In this document: positions 1-8,543 of the stretch, one piece after another
How the letters are laid out: every line of letters begins with the position of its first letter
How positions within the stretch are numbered: position 1 is the stretch's first letter
Source of the DNA: an uncultured Candidatus Peregrinibacteria bacterium
GTDB taxonomy: Bacteria; Patescibacteriota; Gracilibacteria; Peribacterales; Peribacteraceae
Reading direction: 5' to 3'
DNA length: 64,000 nt
Assembly (NCBI GenBank): GCA_903825315.1
Contig: CAIKAD010000004.1
Span: 6,298-70,297, forward strand
Translations under genes and position numbers: made by a program
The notes under the pieces: model-generated
The model's input: the letters and a program-made list of their open reading frames with translations, nothing else
What the model was told of the DNA's origin: nothing
Databases searched by the model: none

Positions 1-11
1 CGTAGTGTTCT

Positions 12-713
12 TCATCTGGAGGGAATGGCAGCGGGCGCCGGGTGAACTCTCCCGCTGACAGTCCTCTCCTGCTTTAGCCATCGCACTCCCGCATACACAA
101 AGGGCGTTTCGATTAATGACATGGCGCATTTGAGGAGCCAGTACGGAATCATCAAGCCGACAATGAAGGTGAAGTTTTCGCTGATACCTTTATCAAACGC
201 GTAGAAAGCGGCGAACATGAAGATCACCGTGTCCAAAAACTGCGACACGAAGTTACTTACATTGTTCCTGAGCCACAGCGCCCTGGCCCCCATCAGCTGA
301 CGGATTTTGACGAAGACGTAGAGGTCCGTGAACTCCGCCACAGCGAACGCGAGGAGGCTTGCGAACGACATGCGCGCGGAGAAGTGGAAGATGGCATCGT
401 ATGCTGCTTCGGAGGAGGCGAAGCGCGCGGAAGGCGGAAGGGCTGTAGCGAGGAGCGAGAAGAGGAAGATGAGGGCTACCACGAGCAGTCCCGAGCGGAT
501 GATGCTGCGTGTCCGTTCGCGACCGTAGACCTCTGTAATGACGTCATTGATCGTGAAGACGAGGGGGATGGTAAAGATGGCGACGCTGGCATTCACCTTT
601 AGCCAGCTGAACTGGAGAAGGGGGAAGGTCTTTGCGCCCATGAGTTCCGATACCGCGATGCAGAACATGTACAGGGCGATGAGGAGGTCCATCTTCGCAA
701 TGTTTTTGATCAT
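12..713 (-). CDS. yhhQ: queuosine-precursor transporter, VUT/YhhQ (DUF165) family membrane protein
   Basis: ORF 12..782. Multi-TM protein with the family-typical stretch TINDVITEVYGRERTRSIIRSG. Start moved to the ATG at 713 (MIKNIAKMDLL...) because the 23 upstream codons are Arg/Ser-rich and not membrane-like. Confidence 0.75.
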   Translation of the reverse strand: MIKNIAKMDLLIALYMFCIAVSELMGAKTFPLLQFSWLKVNASVAIFTIPLVFTINDVITEVYGRERTRSIIRSGLLVVALIFLFSLLATALPPSARFASSEAAYDAIFHFSARMSFASLLAFAVAEFTDLYVFVKIRQLMGARALWLRNNVSNFVSQFLDTVIFMFAAFYAFDKGISENFTFIVGLMIPYWLLKCAMSLIETPFVYAGVRWLKQERTVSGRVHPAPAAIPSR

Positions 714-1093
714 GGGGCAGGGATGCGGAAAGGAGAGGGAAAGCCGACGAGAGGAGCCTATCGTGTTCCTTGTCCGGCACAAGCTTAGTTACATCACGTG
801 TGGAAGGGGTGCATTGTTACGTTCCTCTCTCCTCCTTATATAGGGAAGCTCCGATATGTCTACTATCATCCACACCGTGCAAATTCTCCTTCCCGGAGAA
901 ACGCAGACTGGTCTTCGAGGCGTCCGGTAACGAGTCGAACCTTCTTTGCCTCTGGAAAGAATGTCTGCCATGCCGATGAGGCTTGGGGGATATGTGAGGA
1001 TCGTTACCCTGTGAATGTGCATGCGTTACAACGATGTGTTATGAATGAACACATTGAGGTTGGGTGATAACTAAAGGTTCTAGCTTCTTGTCA

Positions 1094-2209
1094 TCACGAC
1101 AGCAGCTTGAGGAACTCCGGCGCGTAGAACATTTTCTGGCGGCCTTCTTTTTTCTCAATGAGAAGCCCCATTTCCGCCATGGTCACCAGATACTTGCTCG
1201 CGGTCTGGCGCGCAGAGAGGCCGAGGTTCTCCTGCACGTAGTCAATGGTCAGCAAGGGTCGGGAGAACATGCACAGGATGAGGTCGTGTGCGTTGGGGAA
1301 CTTTTTCTTAAGCGTCGTCTCCGTTTGCTGCATCAGTGTTTCGATCTTCTCTACGGTCCGGGCCGTTTCGTTGGCCTGCTCCTCCACGGCCTTGAGGACG
1401 TAGAGCAGGAACGGCCCAAAGTCCTGCGTCTTTGTGGTCTGTCTAAAGAGGCGGTAGTACTCGTTCTTGTGCCGTTCGATGTAGCCGCTCAAAAAGAGCA
1501 CGGGCGCTTGCATACGCTTCTTCAGTATCAGGTAGAGGATCATGAGGATGCGTCCCACGCGGCCGTTGCCGTCCAAAAACGGGTGGATGGATTCGAACTG
1601 GTAGTGGATTACGGCCATCTTGATGAGCGGATCGATGTCGTCCCAGTCCTCGTTGATGTACTTCTCCAGGTTGTCGAGGAGCTGGCGGACATGTTTGCCC
1701 TCGGGCGGCGTGTAGAACACTTCCTTGGTGTCTTCATTCCACAAGTGCACGCCTTTTTCGCGGATGCCGTGCTTGTCGGGCTCCACAAGTTTCTGGAGAT
1801 CCAAAATCTGATGGGCCGTCAGTTTTCCCTTGCCCACAAATTCCAATCCTCTGAGCATGGCTTCGCGGTAATGGAGCACTTCCTTAGCCGGGCCCTTCTG
1901 CTGTTTTTCCGGGAGGACTTCCGCTTCAAACACCTCGCGCACGGTGGTATTGATGTTCTCAATGCCCGAGCTCGCCACGGATTCGCGGACGAGCAGCGGG
2001 TGCATGAGCAGGAAGAGGTTGGGGAGCTTGGTGGCAAGGGCATCCAGCTTAGAGAGCGCGATGTTCGACAGATTCACCTGCTTGAGGATGGCCACCTGGT
2101 CAAAGTCGTATCCGGGCGGCAGGGGAGGGAGGGTGTTGAAGGGCTGATTCGGGTCAAACGTAGCGGTTTGTGATCCGGAAAGGGAACGGCTGAGAAGAGG
2201 GAATTTCAT
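1094..2209 (-). CDS. Fic family protein (AMPylase-type), class II autoinhibited
   Basis: 371-aa ORF with the canonical Fic motif HPFLDGNGRVGR (HxFx[DE]GNGRxxR). N-terminal inhibitory-helix motif SSGIEN ([ST]xxxE[GN]). wHTH-like C-terminal tail. Confidence 0.9.
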   Translation of the reverse strand: MKFPLLSRSLSGSQTATFDPNQPFNTLPPLPPGYDFDQVAILKQVNLSNIALSKLDALATKLPNLFLLMHPLLVRESVASSGIENINTTVREVFEAEVLPEKQQKGPAKEVLHYREAMLRGLEFVGKGKLTAHQILDLQKLVEPDKHGIREKGVHLWNEDTKEVFYTPPEGKHVRQLLDNLEKYINEDWDDIDPLIKMAVIHYQFESIHPFLDGNGRVGRILMILYLILKKRMQAPVLFLSGYIERHKNEYYRLFRQTTKTQDFGPFLLYVLKAVEEQANETARTVEKIETLMQQTETTLKKKFPNAHDLILCMFSRPLLTIDYVQENLGLSARQTASKYLVTMAEMGLLIEKKEGRQKMFYAPEFLKLLS

Positions 2210-2260
2210 GATCCTTAAGCGGAAATGTCATATGTTAGACGGATGAACACATGACAGGAT

Positions 2261-2320
2261 ATATGTTAATTTTACATGGATTAATTAACATATAAAAGTG
2301 GATAGGTGAACGACGTTCAC
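2261..2320. promoter_or_regulatory. AT-rich island with inverted repeats upstream of fic (candidate operator/promoter)
   Basis: 11-bp inverted repeat ATATGTTAATT (2261-2271) / AATTAACATAT (2283-2293), plus a perfect 15-bp palindrome GTGAACGACGTTCAC (2306-2320). Sits in a visibly AT-rich stretch just 5' of the fic start (2209). Function is not shown by sequence. Confidence 0.25.
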
Positions 2321-2580
2321 ATATCGTCTGGCGTGGATCGGGGAATTATTTTGTGGCAGCGCAGAGGGTTTTGCGCATGACGATGCATGCGGAAATTGGG
2401 CAAAACAACGCAGCAGATGATCTGTTTGATGTGCTCACTATCTTTATCGTCGTACAGGCGATAGCCATTCTCCCCTCGCGTGGATGGCGACAGGAGGCCG
2501 ATGTCGTCGTAGTAGCGGAGGTTTTGACGGTGAGTCCGTTCTGTCTCGCAGGGCCGCAGATTTGGAGCGGTGCAGTGATC
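2317..2580 (-). pseudogene. MerR-family HTH regulator remnant (frameshifted, no start codon)
   Basis: Minus-strand translation gives ...ARQNGLTVKT in one frame and LRYYDDIGLLSPSTRGENGYRLYDDKDSEHIKQI in the adjacent frame, joined at about 2518-2523. Together these form the MerR HTH-wing signature. There is no ATG/GTG/TTG and the tail is non-homologous. Absent from the ORF track. Confidence 0.45.
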
Positions 2581-2697
2581 GAGGGAGAAGGGGAGTGATG
2601 CCGGAACGGTAGTGGATGATGTTGAGGGAGGGTCAGTCGGAAAATATCAGGCTTTTCTGATTGTTTTGTTACCTAAGTATCCATACAATAGGCGCCC

Positions 2698-3522
2698 ATG
2701 CCAGATCACACCGCACAGACATCACCGATCATCGACGTACAGGATCTCACCAGGAAATTCGGTGACTTTACTGCCGTCGACCACATCACCTTCTCCGTCG
2801 GGGCAGGGGAGATCTTTGCCTTCCTCGGGCCCAACGGAGCCGGCAAGACCACCACAATCAAGATGCTTACCACGCTTCTCCATCCCACGGCGGGGCGCAT
2901 CCGCATTAACGGATACGATCCGCAGCACCAGCAGGATGCGGTGCGCAAATCCTTTGGCATCGTTTTCCAGGATCCCAGCACCGATGACGAACTGACGGCG
3001 TGGGAGAACCTGGAGCTGCATGGCGTCCTCTATGGCGTCGACAAGGCATTGCGCCGACAGCGCATGGAACAGCTTCTGGACATTGTGGAGCTTTCCGACC
3101 GCAGGGACGACCAGGTGAAGCACTTCTCCGGCGGCATGAAGCGGCGGCTGGAGATTGCGCGCGGGCTCCTTCACCATCCCAAGATCCTTTTTCTCGACGA
3201 GCCGACGATCGGGTTGGATCCGCAGACACGCAACCACCTGTGGAGTTACGTGGCGGAACTCAATGTCCAGGAGGGCATCACGGTGTTCCTCACCACGCAT
3301 TACATGGAGGAGGCGGACAAAATGGCCAAGCGCATCGCCGTGATCGACCATGGGAAGATTGTGGCGCTGGGATCGTCCGCGGAGCTCAAGGCGCAGACGA
3401 ACACACAGACCCTGGAAGAGGCGTTCCTTGCCCTTACGGGCAAGGGCATACGCGAGGAGGAGGCGGGGGCGATTGACAACATGCGTCTCCATGCCCGCGC
3501 GTGGCGCGGGAAACGACGCTAA
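2698..3522 (+). CDS. ABC transporter ATP-binding protein (ABC-2 / DrrA-like exporter)
   Basis: Walker A GPNGAGKTT, signature FSGGMKRRLE, Walker B ILFLDEPT, H-loop TTHYMEEA. Confidence 0.95.
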   Translation: MPDHTAQTSPIIDVQDLTRKFGDFTAVDHITFSVGAGEIFAFLGPNGAGKTTTIKMLTTLLHPTAGRIRINGYDPQHQQDAVRKSFGIVFQDPSTDDELTAWENLELHGVLYGVDKALRRQRMEQLLDIVELSDRRDDQVKHFSGGMKRRLEIARGLLHHPKILFLDEPTIGLDPQTRNHLWSYVAELNVQEGITVFLTTHYMEEADKMAKRIAVIDHGKIVALGSSAELKAQTNTQTLEEAFLALTGKGIREEEAGAIDNMRLHARAWRGKRR

Positions 3523-3593
3523 TCCGTTTCTTTCCCGCTCATTCCATCCTTCAGGAAGTAGTTCCGATCCGTACCCTACCACCCGTACATTCT

Positions 3594-4340
3594 ATGCAAA
3601 CGATCTACATTCTCTGGCTTCGTCAGATTAAGCGGTACTCGCGCTCGCGGTCGCGCATGATCGGCGCGCTGGGGCAGCCGCTCCTCTTCCTTGTCGCTCT
3701 CGGCTTCGGCTTTGGGCCGATCTTCGAGAAGGCGGGCGGCGGCAATTACATCCAGTTCCTGGCGCCCGGGATCATCGCCATGAGCATCCTCTTCACCGCC
3801 ATATTTTCCGGGATGGAGATCATTTGGGACAGGCAGTTCGGGTTCCTCAAAGAGACGCTGGTGGCCCCTGTTCCCCGCCTCCACATCATGATCGGACGCA
3901 CGCTTGGCAGTGCCTCCGTTGCGTTCCTACAGGGCTTCGTCGTGTTCCTCATCTCCATGCTCGTGGGGTTCCGGCCCGAGCAGTGGGGCCTCTTCCCCAT
4001 CGCCCTGCTGGTCATGTTCCTCATCGCGCTGATCTTTACGGCGCTGGGGACGGCCATTGCGTCCGTGATGGAGGATTTCCACGGCTTTCAGCTGATCATC
4101 AACTTCCTCGTGATGCCGCTCTTCTTCCTCTCCGGCTCGCTCTTCCCGCTCCAGGGGTTGCCCACGGCGATCGACATTATCGCCAAGCTCGATCCCCTCA
4201 CGTACGGGATTGACGCGCTGCGCGGGACGCTCGTGGGCGCCGCGCACTTTGGTCTCACGTTGGACCTGGGAATCCTGGTTGTCCTCGTTGCCTTGCTGAT
4301 GATCGTGGGGAGTTGGCTGTTCTCGAGGATTGAGGTGTGA
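3594..4340 (+). CDS. ABC-2 type transporter permease
   Basis: ORF 3501..4340 with the start moved to the ATG at 3594 (MQTIYILWLRQIKRY...). About 6 TM segments. Directly follows the ATPase. Confidence 0.85.
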   Translation: MQTIYILWLRQIKRYSRSRSRMIGALGQPLLFLVALGFGFGPIFEKAGGGNYIQFLAPGIIAMSILFTAIFSGMEIIWDRQFGFLKETLVAPVPRLHIMIGRTLGSASVAFLQGFVVFLISMLVGFRPEQWGLFPIALLVMFLIALIFTALGTAIASVMEDFHGFQLIINFLVMPLFFLSGSLFPLQGLPTAIDIIAKLDPLTYGIDALRGTLVGAAHFGLTLDLGILVVLVALLMIVGSWLFSRIEV

Positions 4341-4600
4341 GGAGGTTGTTCTTTGGTTGGAGGAGAAGTATCAATTCTCAAGTGACAAATATCGAAAGAA
4401 GAATCCCTTCGGCTTCGCCCAGGGCAGGCAGGAATCGGGAATGAAGAACAGCATTTTGTGTTCCCTTCTTCTGTCTTGAAACTCGTTTGATCCTTGGATC
4501 TGGCTCCGTATTTTTTCTTCTCTGGCAGCGGGGAGGGGAGATAGTGACACATTGACCCCCGGGGGAGATTCGTGTAGACTTAGCCCCTCAAACAGTTCGC

Positions 4601-5320
4601 ATGCCTAAGTATGCGTTGAGGAACCCTCCTTCCCTGCTCATGGCTGACAAAGCCACCATTTCCGCGCCTTCTACCCCAGTAGAAACAGCTCCCGCACGAC
4701 CGAACCGGAATGCGCTTTCCCGGGGGCGGATAGCTGCGATTCTCGGCATGCTCACCGTGATCGGGATTGTGGCGGGGATGGCGTACTGGTTTGCCCAGCA
4801 AAAGTACATCTACACGGATAAGGCGTCGGTCACTGCGCCCCTCATCAAGCTGGCGCCGCATGCACCGGGAGAGCTCAAGAAAGTTTATGTGGAACAGGGA
4901 GATACAATAGCCGCCAACCGTGCCGTAGCCCGGGTAGGGGATGAGATGTTGATGTCGGTGGTGCGAGGCACCGTTATCGACGTCAAGAAGGATCTGGGGG
5001 CCATCTATACGCCGGGGAGCGCTGTCGTCACCATGGTCGATCCCCGTGAACTGCGCGTGATGGCGCAGATCGAAGAAGATAAAGGTCTCAAGGACATCCA
5101 CGAAGGGCAGCGCGTCCTCTTTACCATCGACGCATTCGGTTCCCGGCAATACGAGGGAATCGTGGAGGCAGTGAGCCAAACTAACCGGCTGGGAGACGTG
5201 GTGTTCAATATCTCCGACAAGCGTGAGGAGCAGGAGTTTGACGTAAAGATTTCGTACGACAGAAATGAGTATCCAGAACTGCAGAATGGCATGTCGGCCA
5301 GAGTTTGGATTATCAGGTAG
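4601..5320 (+). CDS. HlyD/EmrA-like membrane-fusion (adaptor) protein, short form
   Basis: N-terminal TM anchor IAAILGMLTVIGIVAGMAYWF, lipoyl-like GELKKVYVEQGDTIAANRAVARV, beta-barrel part GQRVLFTIDAF..YEGIVEAVS. Immediately upstream of a DHA2 MFS pump. The long coiled-coil hairpin appears to be missing. Confidence 0.7.
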   Translation: MPKYALRNPPSLLMADKATISAPSTPVETAPARPNRNALSRGRIAAILGMLTVIGIVAGMAYWFAQQKYIYTDKASVTAPLIKLAPHAPGELKKVYVEQGDTIAANRAVARVGDEMLMSVVRGTVIDVKKDLGAIYTPGSAVVTMVDPRELRVMAQIEEDKGLKDIHEGQRVLFTIDAFGSRQYEGIVEAVSQTNRLGDVVFNISDKREEQEFDVKISYDRNEYPELQNGMSARVWIIR

Positions 5321-5447
5321 TCATCTTTACGAATGACCAATGACCAATTGTCCAATGATCAAAACGCCCCTGTTAGAGATCATATTTGGTCATTGATCAT
5401 TGGGATTTGAAAATTCTTCTTCGTGACGTCCACAGCTGTCACCAACT

Positions 5448-6947
5448 ATGAAGCGATCCTCCGCCACGCACCATAACGGCATTCCCAAGTCCCTGATTCT
5501 CCTTACGGTGATCGTGGGAACGTTCCTTGGTCGCCTGGATCAGACCATCGTCAACCTGGCACTCCCGAAGATCATCAATGAGTTCGGCATTACGGTCTCC
5601 TCCGCGGGATGGATCGCAACGGCGTACATTCTCGCCAACGCGGTTTTTGTCCCCGTATGGGGGAAGCTGGGTGACATGATCGGGCGCAAGAAGGTATACG
5701 TGATCGGGTTCACGGTCTTCATCATTGGTTCCATCTTAGCTGGTCTGGCGTGGAATTTAAGTTCCATGATCGTCTTCCGTATCATCCAAGCCATTGCAGG
5801 GTCGGCGGACTATCCCACCGCCATGTCGATCATTGCGGTCACGTATACAGATGACAAGGAACGGTCGCAGGCGCTGGGGATCTGGTCTTCCTCCTTCGCA
5901 GCCGCTGCCGTATTCGGTCCCCTCATCGGCGGCCCGCTCATCGACCACTTCGGTTGGAGGAGCGTGTTCCTCATCAACCTGCCCGTGGGCATCGTCGGAC
6001 TGCTCATGGCCATGGCCTTCATCTACGAGTCGCGGTCCGAGAACGACCGAAAGATCTTTGATCTCAAAGGTGCGCTCGTGTTGGGTGTTTCCCTCTCGGC
6101 GCTGGTCCTCGTGCTCGATAAAGGCTTAGATTGGGGCTGGCTCTCGCTCAATAGCTTCCTGTGTTACGTGACAGTGCTCGTGACGCTCCTCTACTTTATA
6201 TCCATCGAATGGAACCATCCGGAGCCTATTGTGGACCTCAAATTCTTTCGGAATAGCGTGTTCGTGCAGGCGCTGCTCAATAACTTCATCGTCTTCATGG
6301 GGATGATGGGCAGTATCTTCCTCCTGCCGGTTTTTGCGCAGACATTCCTCGGGTACGACGCCACACAGACCGGGTTTCTCTTTATGCCCATGGCTTTCAT
6401 GATGATGCTCGCCGCCCCCATTGGCGGGAGGCTCAGCGACAAAGTCCAGCCGAGCTACGTGATTGCGGCGAGCACGGCGATAGCGGCGCTCGGTCTCTAC
6501 TTCTTTGCGGGGCTCGACGCGCGCTCCGGTCCGATGGATATCATTCTGCCATTGGGCGTGATGGCGTTTGGCATAGGCTTTGGCATGGCGCAGCGCACCA
6601 ACATCATTGCAGCGGCTGTCCCGCGCGAAGAAGTAGGAATCGCCTCTTCCGTCCTCGCGCTGGCGCGGAACATCGCCGGAGCCTTTGGTATCGCAGTCTT
6701 CGGAACGATGCTCCAGAACTCCATCAACAGTAATGTCCTTTCCATTGCGCGGTACAGCTCCTTCCATGGAAAGAGCCCTGCGCAGTACGCACAGTACATC
6801 GGCCTCATCAGCCTTAAGGCGCAAATCAATGCCTACAACACAGTGTTCATATGGTCAGCGTTCATCGTGTTCATCGGTGCGGTGCTGGCATTGTGGATCA
6901 AGTCGGTCAAAATGGATCCCGGGGTAAAGGTTCACGTGGAAGGATGA
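5448..6947 (+). CDS. MFS transporter, DHA2 (EmrB/QacA-like, 14-TMS) drug:H+ antiporter
   Basis: 499 aa, about 14 hydrophobic segments, motif-A-like GKLGDMIGRKKVY. Paired with the HlyD-like gene. Confidence 0.9.
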   Translation: MKRSSATHHNGIPKSLILLTVIVGTFLGRLDQTIVNLALPKIINEFGITVSSAGWIATAYILANAVFVPVWGKLGDMIGRKKVYVIGFTVFIIGSILAGLAWNLSSMIVFRIIQAIAGSADYPTAMSIIAVTYTDDKERSQALGIWSSSFAAAAVFGPLIGGPLIDHFGWRSVFLINLPVGIVGLLMAMAFIYESRSENDRKIFDLKGALVLGVSLSALVLVLDKGLDWGWLSLNSFLCYVTVLVTLLYFISIEWNHPEPIVDLKFFRNSVFVQALLNNFIVFMGMMGSIFLLPVFAQTFLGYDATQTGFLFMPMAFMMMLAAPIGGRLSDKVQPSYVIAASTAIAALGLYFFAGLDARSGPMDIILPLGVMAFGIGFGMAQRTNIIAAAVPREEVGIASSVLALARNIAGAFGIAVFGTMLQNSINSNVLSIARYSSFHGKSPAQYAQYIGLISLKAQINAYNTVFIWSAFIVFIGAVLALWIKSVKMDPGVKVHVEG

Positions 6948-6997
6948 CCGTAGTCTGCAGGTCCAAGACCCGCGCTATGTTCTTGTTTGCTAGATGC

Positions 6998-7057
6998 TCA
7001 CTCCACCCATAACAGAAGTGACTTCAGATAGTCCGTTTCGGGGTGGTAAATGTTGAC
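6998..7057 (-). repeat. second copy of the last 19 codons + stop of the rlmI-like gene
   Basis: Reverse translation gives VNIYHPETDYLKSLLLWVE*, identical in amino acids to the true gene end (7110-7169). The proximal 23 nt are identical. The distal 12 codons differ at about 10 positions, all synonymous, and the stop is TGA instead of TAG. Confidence 0.85.
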
Positions 7058-7089
7058 CCTTCGGCTCGCTCCGCTCGCTCAGGGTCAAC
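7052..7089. other. hairpin between the two rlmI 3'-end copies
   Basis: 9-bp stem GTTGACCCT (7052-7060) / AGGGTCAAC (7081-7089) with a 20-nt CGCTC-rich loop. One arm is the start of the duplicated segment. Confidence 0.6.
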
Positions 7090-7109
7090 AGCTTGTGGTC
7101 TCGTCTACG

Positions 7110-8294
7110 CTATTCAACCCAAAGGAGCAGGGATTTCAAATAGTCGGTTTCGGGGTGGTAAATGTTGACCGGGTGATCGTACGCCTGGTGGTGCTTTTGG
7201 AGGATTTTGACCGTCCGGTCCGCCTGGCGCGCCGCGTGGAACACGCAGGTTTGGAAGAGCTGGGGATCCATCTGATAACTGCAGGAGCAGGTCAGGAGAA
7301 GGCTGCCTGAAGGAAGCGCTTGCATGGCCATCCTATTGAGATCCGTGTAGGCGCCCTTAGCCGGTTCAATATCACTGGAGCGCTTGGCGAAGGCGGGGGG
7401 ATCGAGAATAATAAAGTCGTACGGGCGGGGGAGCGGCTTGCGGCGCAGGAAATCAAAGGCGTCCTGCTGATAGGTTACAAATTGATCCTCCGAGAAGCCG
7501 TTGAGCTTTGCGTGCCCCTTTGCGCGTTCGAGTGCCGCACCGTCATAGTCCACTGCATCGGTAGCAACCGCTCCTCCGGCCAGGGCGGACATGGAAAATC
7601 CTCCCACGTAGCTGAAGCAGTCGAGCACCGTGCGGCCCGGCGCCAGTTGCCGGACCATGGAACGCATTTCGCGCTGATCAAGGAAGAGGCCGGTCTTTTG
7701 TCCCCCTTCCAGGTCGATGAGGTACTTGATGCCGCGCTCGACAACTTCCACATGTGCGTCTCCCTTTCCTCGGAGCCAACCTTCCTTGCCCTCCAGTCCT
7801 TCCTTCTTGCGCGCCGCGCCGGTCGACTTCTCAAAGATTGCTTTGGGATTCACGAGTTCCCCGAGCACGTTCACCACCCACTCGCGCAGGCGGTCCATCC
7901 CGAGCGTCGTCAGCTGGATCACGAGAGTGTCGCCGTATGCATCCACGATCAGACCCGGGATGCCGTCCCCTTCCGCATTCACGAGGCGGAACGCCGTCAC
8001 ATCGCCGCTGTTAAAGAACGATCGGCGCATTTCGACGGAGCGCCGGATGTTCTTTTTGATGGTCTGCAGCGGATCGCCTTCCTCGAATGCGATCGCCCTT
8101 CCGCAAATGTAGGCACGGGGGTTGTACGTGGCGTAACAGAGGAACGCTCCCGTCTCGTCGCGTACTTCCACGATGGAGCCGTTGGGCGCGTCGGGGAAGA
8201 AGGCCACGGCGTTCTTGAAGATCGCATGGTGGCGGTTCTTCAAGTGGATTGCCTTGTCGGGCTTTAAGGTGAGAACGGGATACAGAGATGCCAT
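7110..8294 (-). CDS. rlmI: class I SAM-dependent rRNA methyltransferase, RlmI/RlmK family (PUA + MTase)
   Basis: 394 aa. SAM motif I VLDCFSYVGGFS, motif IV IILDPPAFAK, PUA-like N-terminus. Confidence 0.8.
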   Translation of the reverse strand: MASLYPVLTLKPDKAIHLKNRHHAIFKNAVAFFPDAPNGSIVEVRDETGAFLCYATYNPRAYICGRAIAFEEGDPLQTIKKNIRRSVEMRRSFFNSGDVTAFRLVNAEGDGIPGLIVDAYGDTLVIQLTTLGMDRLREWVVNVLGELVNPKAIFEKSTGAARKKEGLEGKEGWLRGKGDAHVEVVERGIKYLIDLEGGQKTGLFLDQREMRSMVRQLAPGRTVLDCFSYVGGFSMSALAGGAVATDAVDYDGAALERAKGHAKLNGFSEDQFVTYQQDAFDFLRRKPLPRPYDFIILDPPAFAKRSSDIEPAKGAYTDLNRMAMQALPSGSLLLTCSCSYQMDPQLFQTCVFHAARQADRTVKILQKHHQAYDHPVNIYHPETDYLKSLLLWVE

Positions 8295-8543
8295 GGATGG
8301 CTGAGAGTAGCAGGTTATTGGCTCTCACCCAAGCATTCCTGGTGTGCGTTGACGTTGTTTTCTCCCTCTCCATGGCCCCTTCCCCAGCGGGTAAGGGCGG
8401 GGATTGTTTATGCCTGTGTGCCGTCTCCCATTGAAATATCAAGGTCGGTTCATGGAGTGTCACGTATCGGCTCGTACGGGTACGTCATCTTTATTATCGC
8501 TCCAAACAAATGATGAGGTCATTACAACATGTCTTTTCAATAA

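Noticed and set aside
1064-1093. AAAGGTTCTAGCT resembling the preQ1-I riboswitch core (AGAGGUUCUAGCU), in the intergenic region upstream of the yhhQ-like queuosine-precursor transporter gene
   Set aside because: It is on the plus strand, whereas the transporter gene is on the minus strand. It abuts the 3' end of fic, and no complementary P1 strand or A-rich tail follows. The 714-1093 leader should still be scanned with Rfam.
1064-2173. Long antisense ORFs opposite well-supported genes (1064..2173 +, 7320..8267 +, 8757..9782 +, 18552..19550 -, 24885..25745 +, 33131..34603 +, 34691..35689 -, 37196..38560 -)
   Set aside because: Each overlaps a gene with clear family motifs on the other strand. 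Compositions are Arg/His/Gly-rich and lack motifs, as is typical of GC-rich antisense frames.
8011-8463. 150-aa minus ORF and other small ORFs in the rlmI/MFS intergenic region
   Set aside because: It overlaps the 5' end of rlmI out of frame. The rest is G/C-hairpin-derived sequence (..SPPLPAGEGA..) with no start context or motif.
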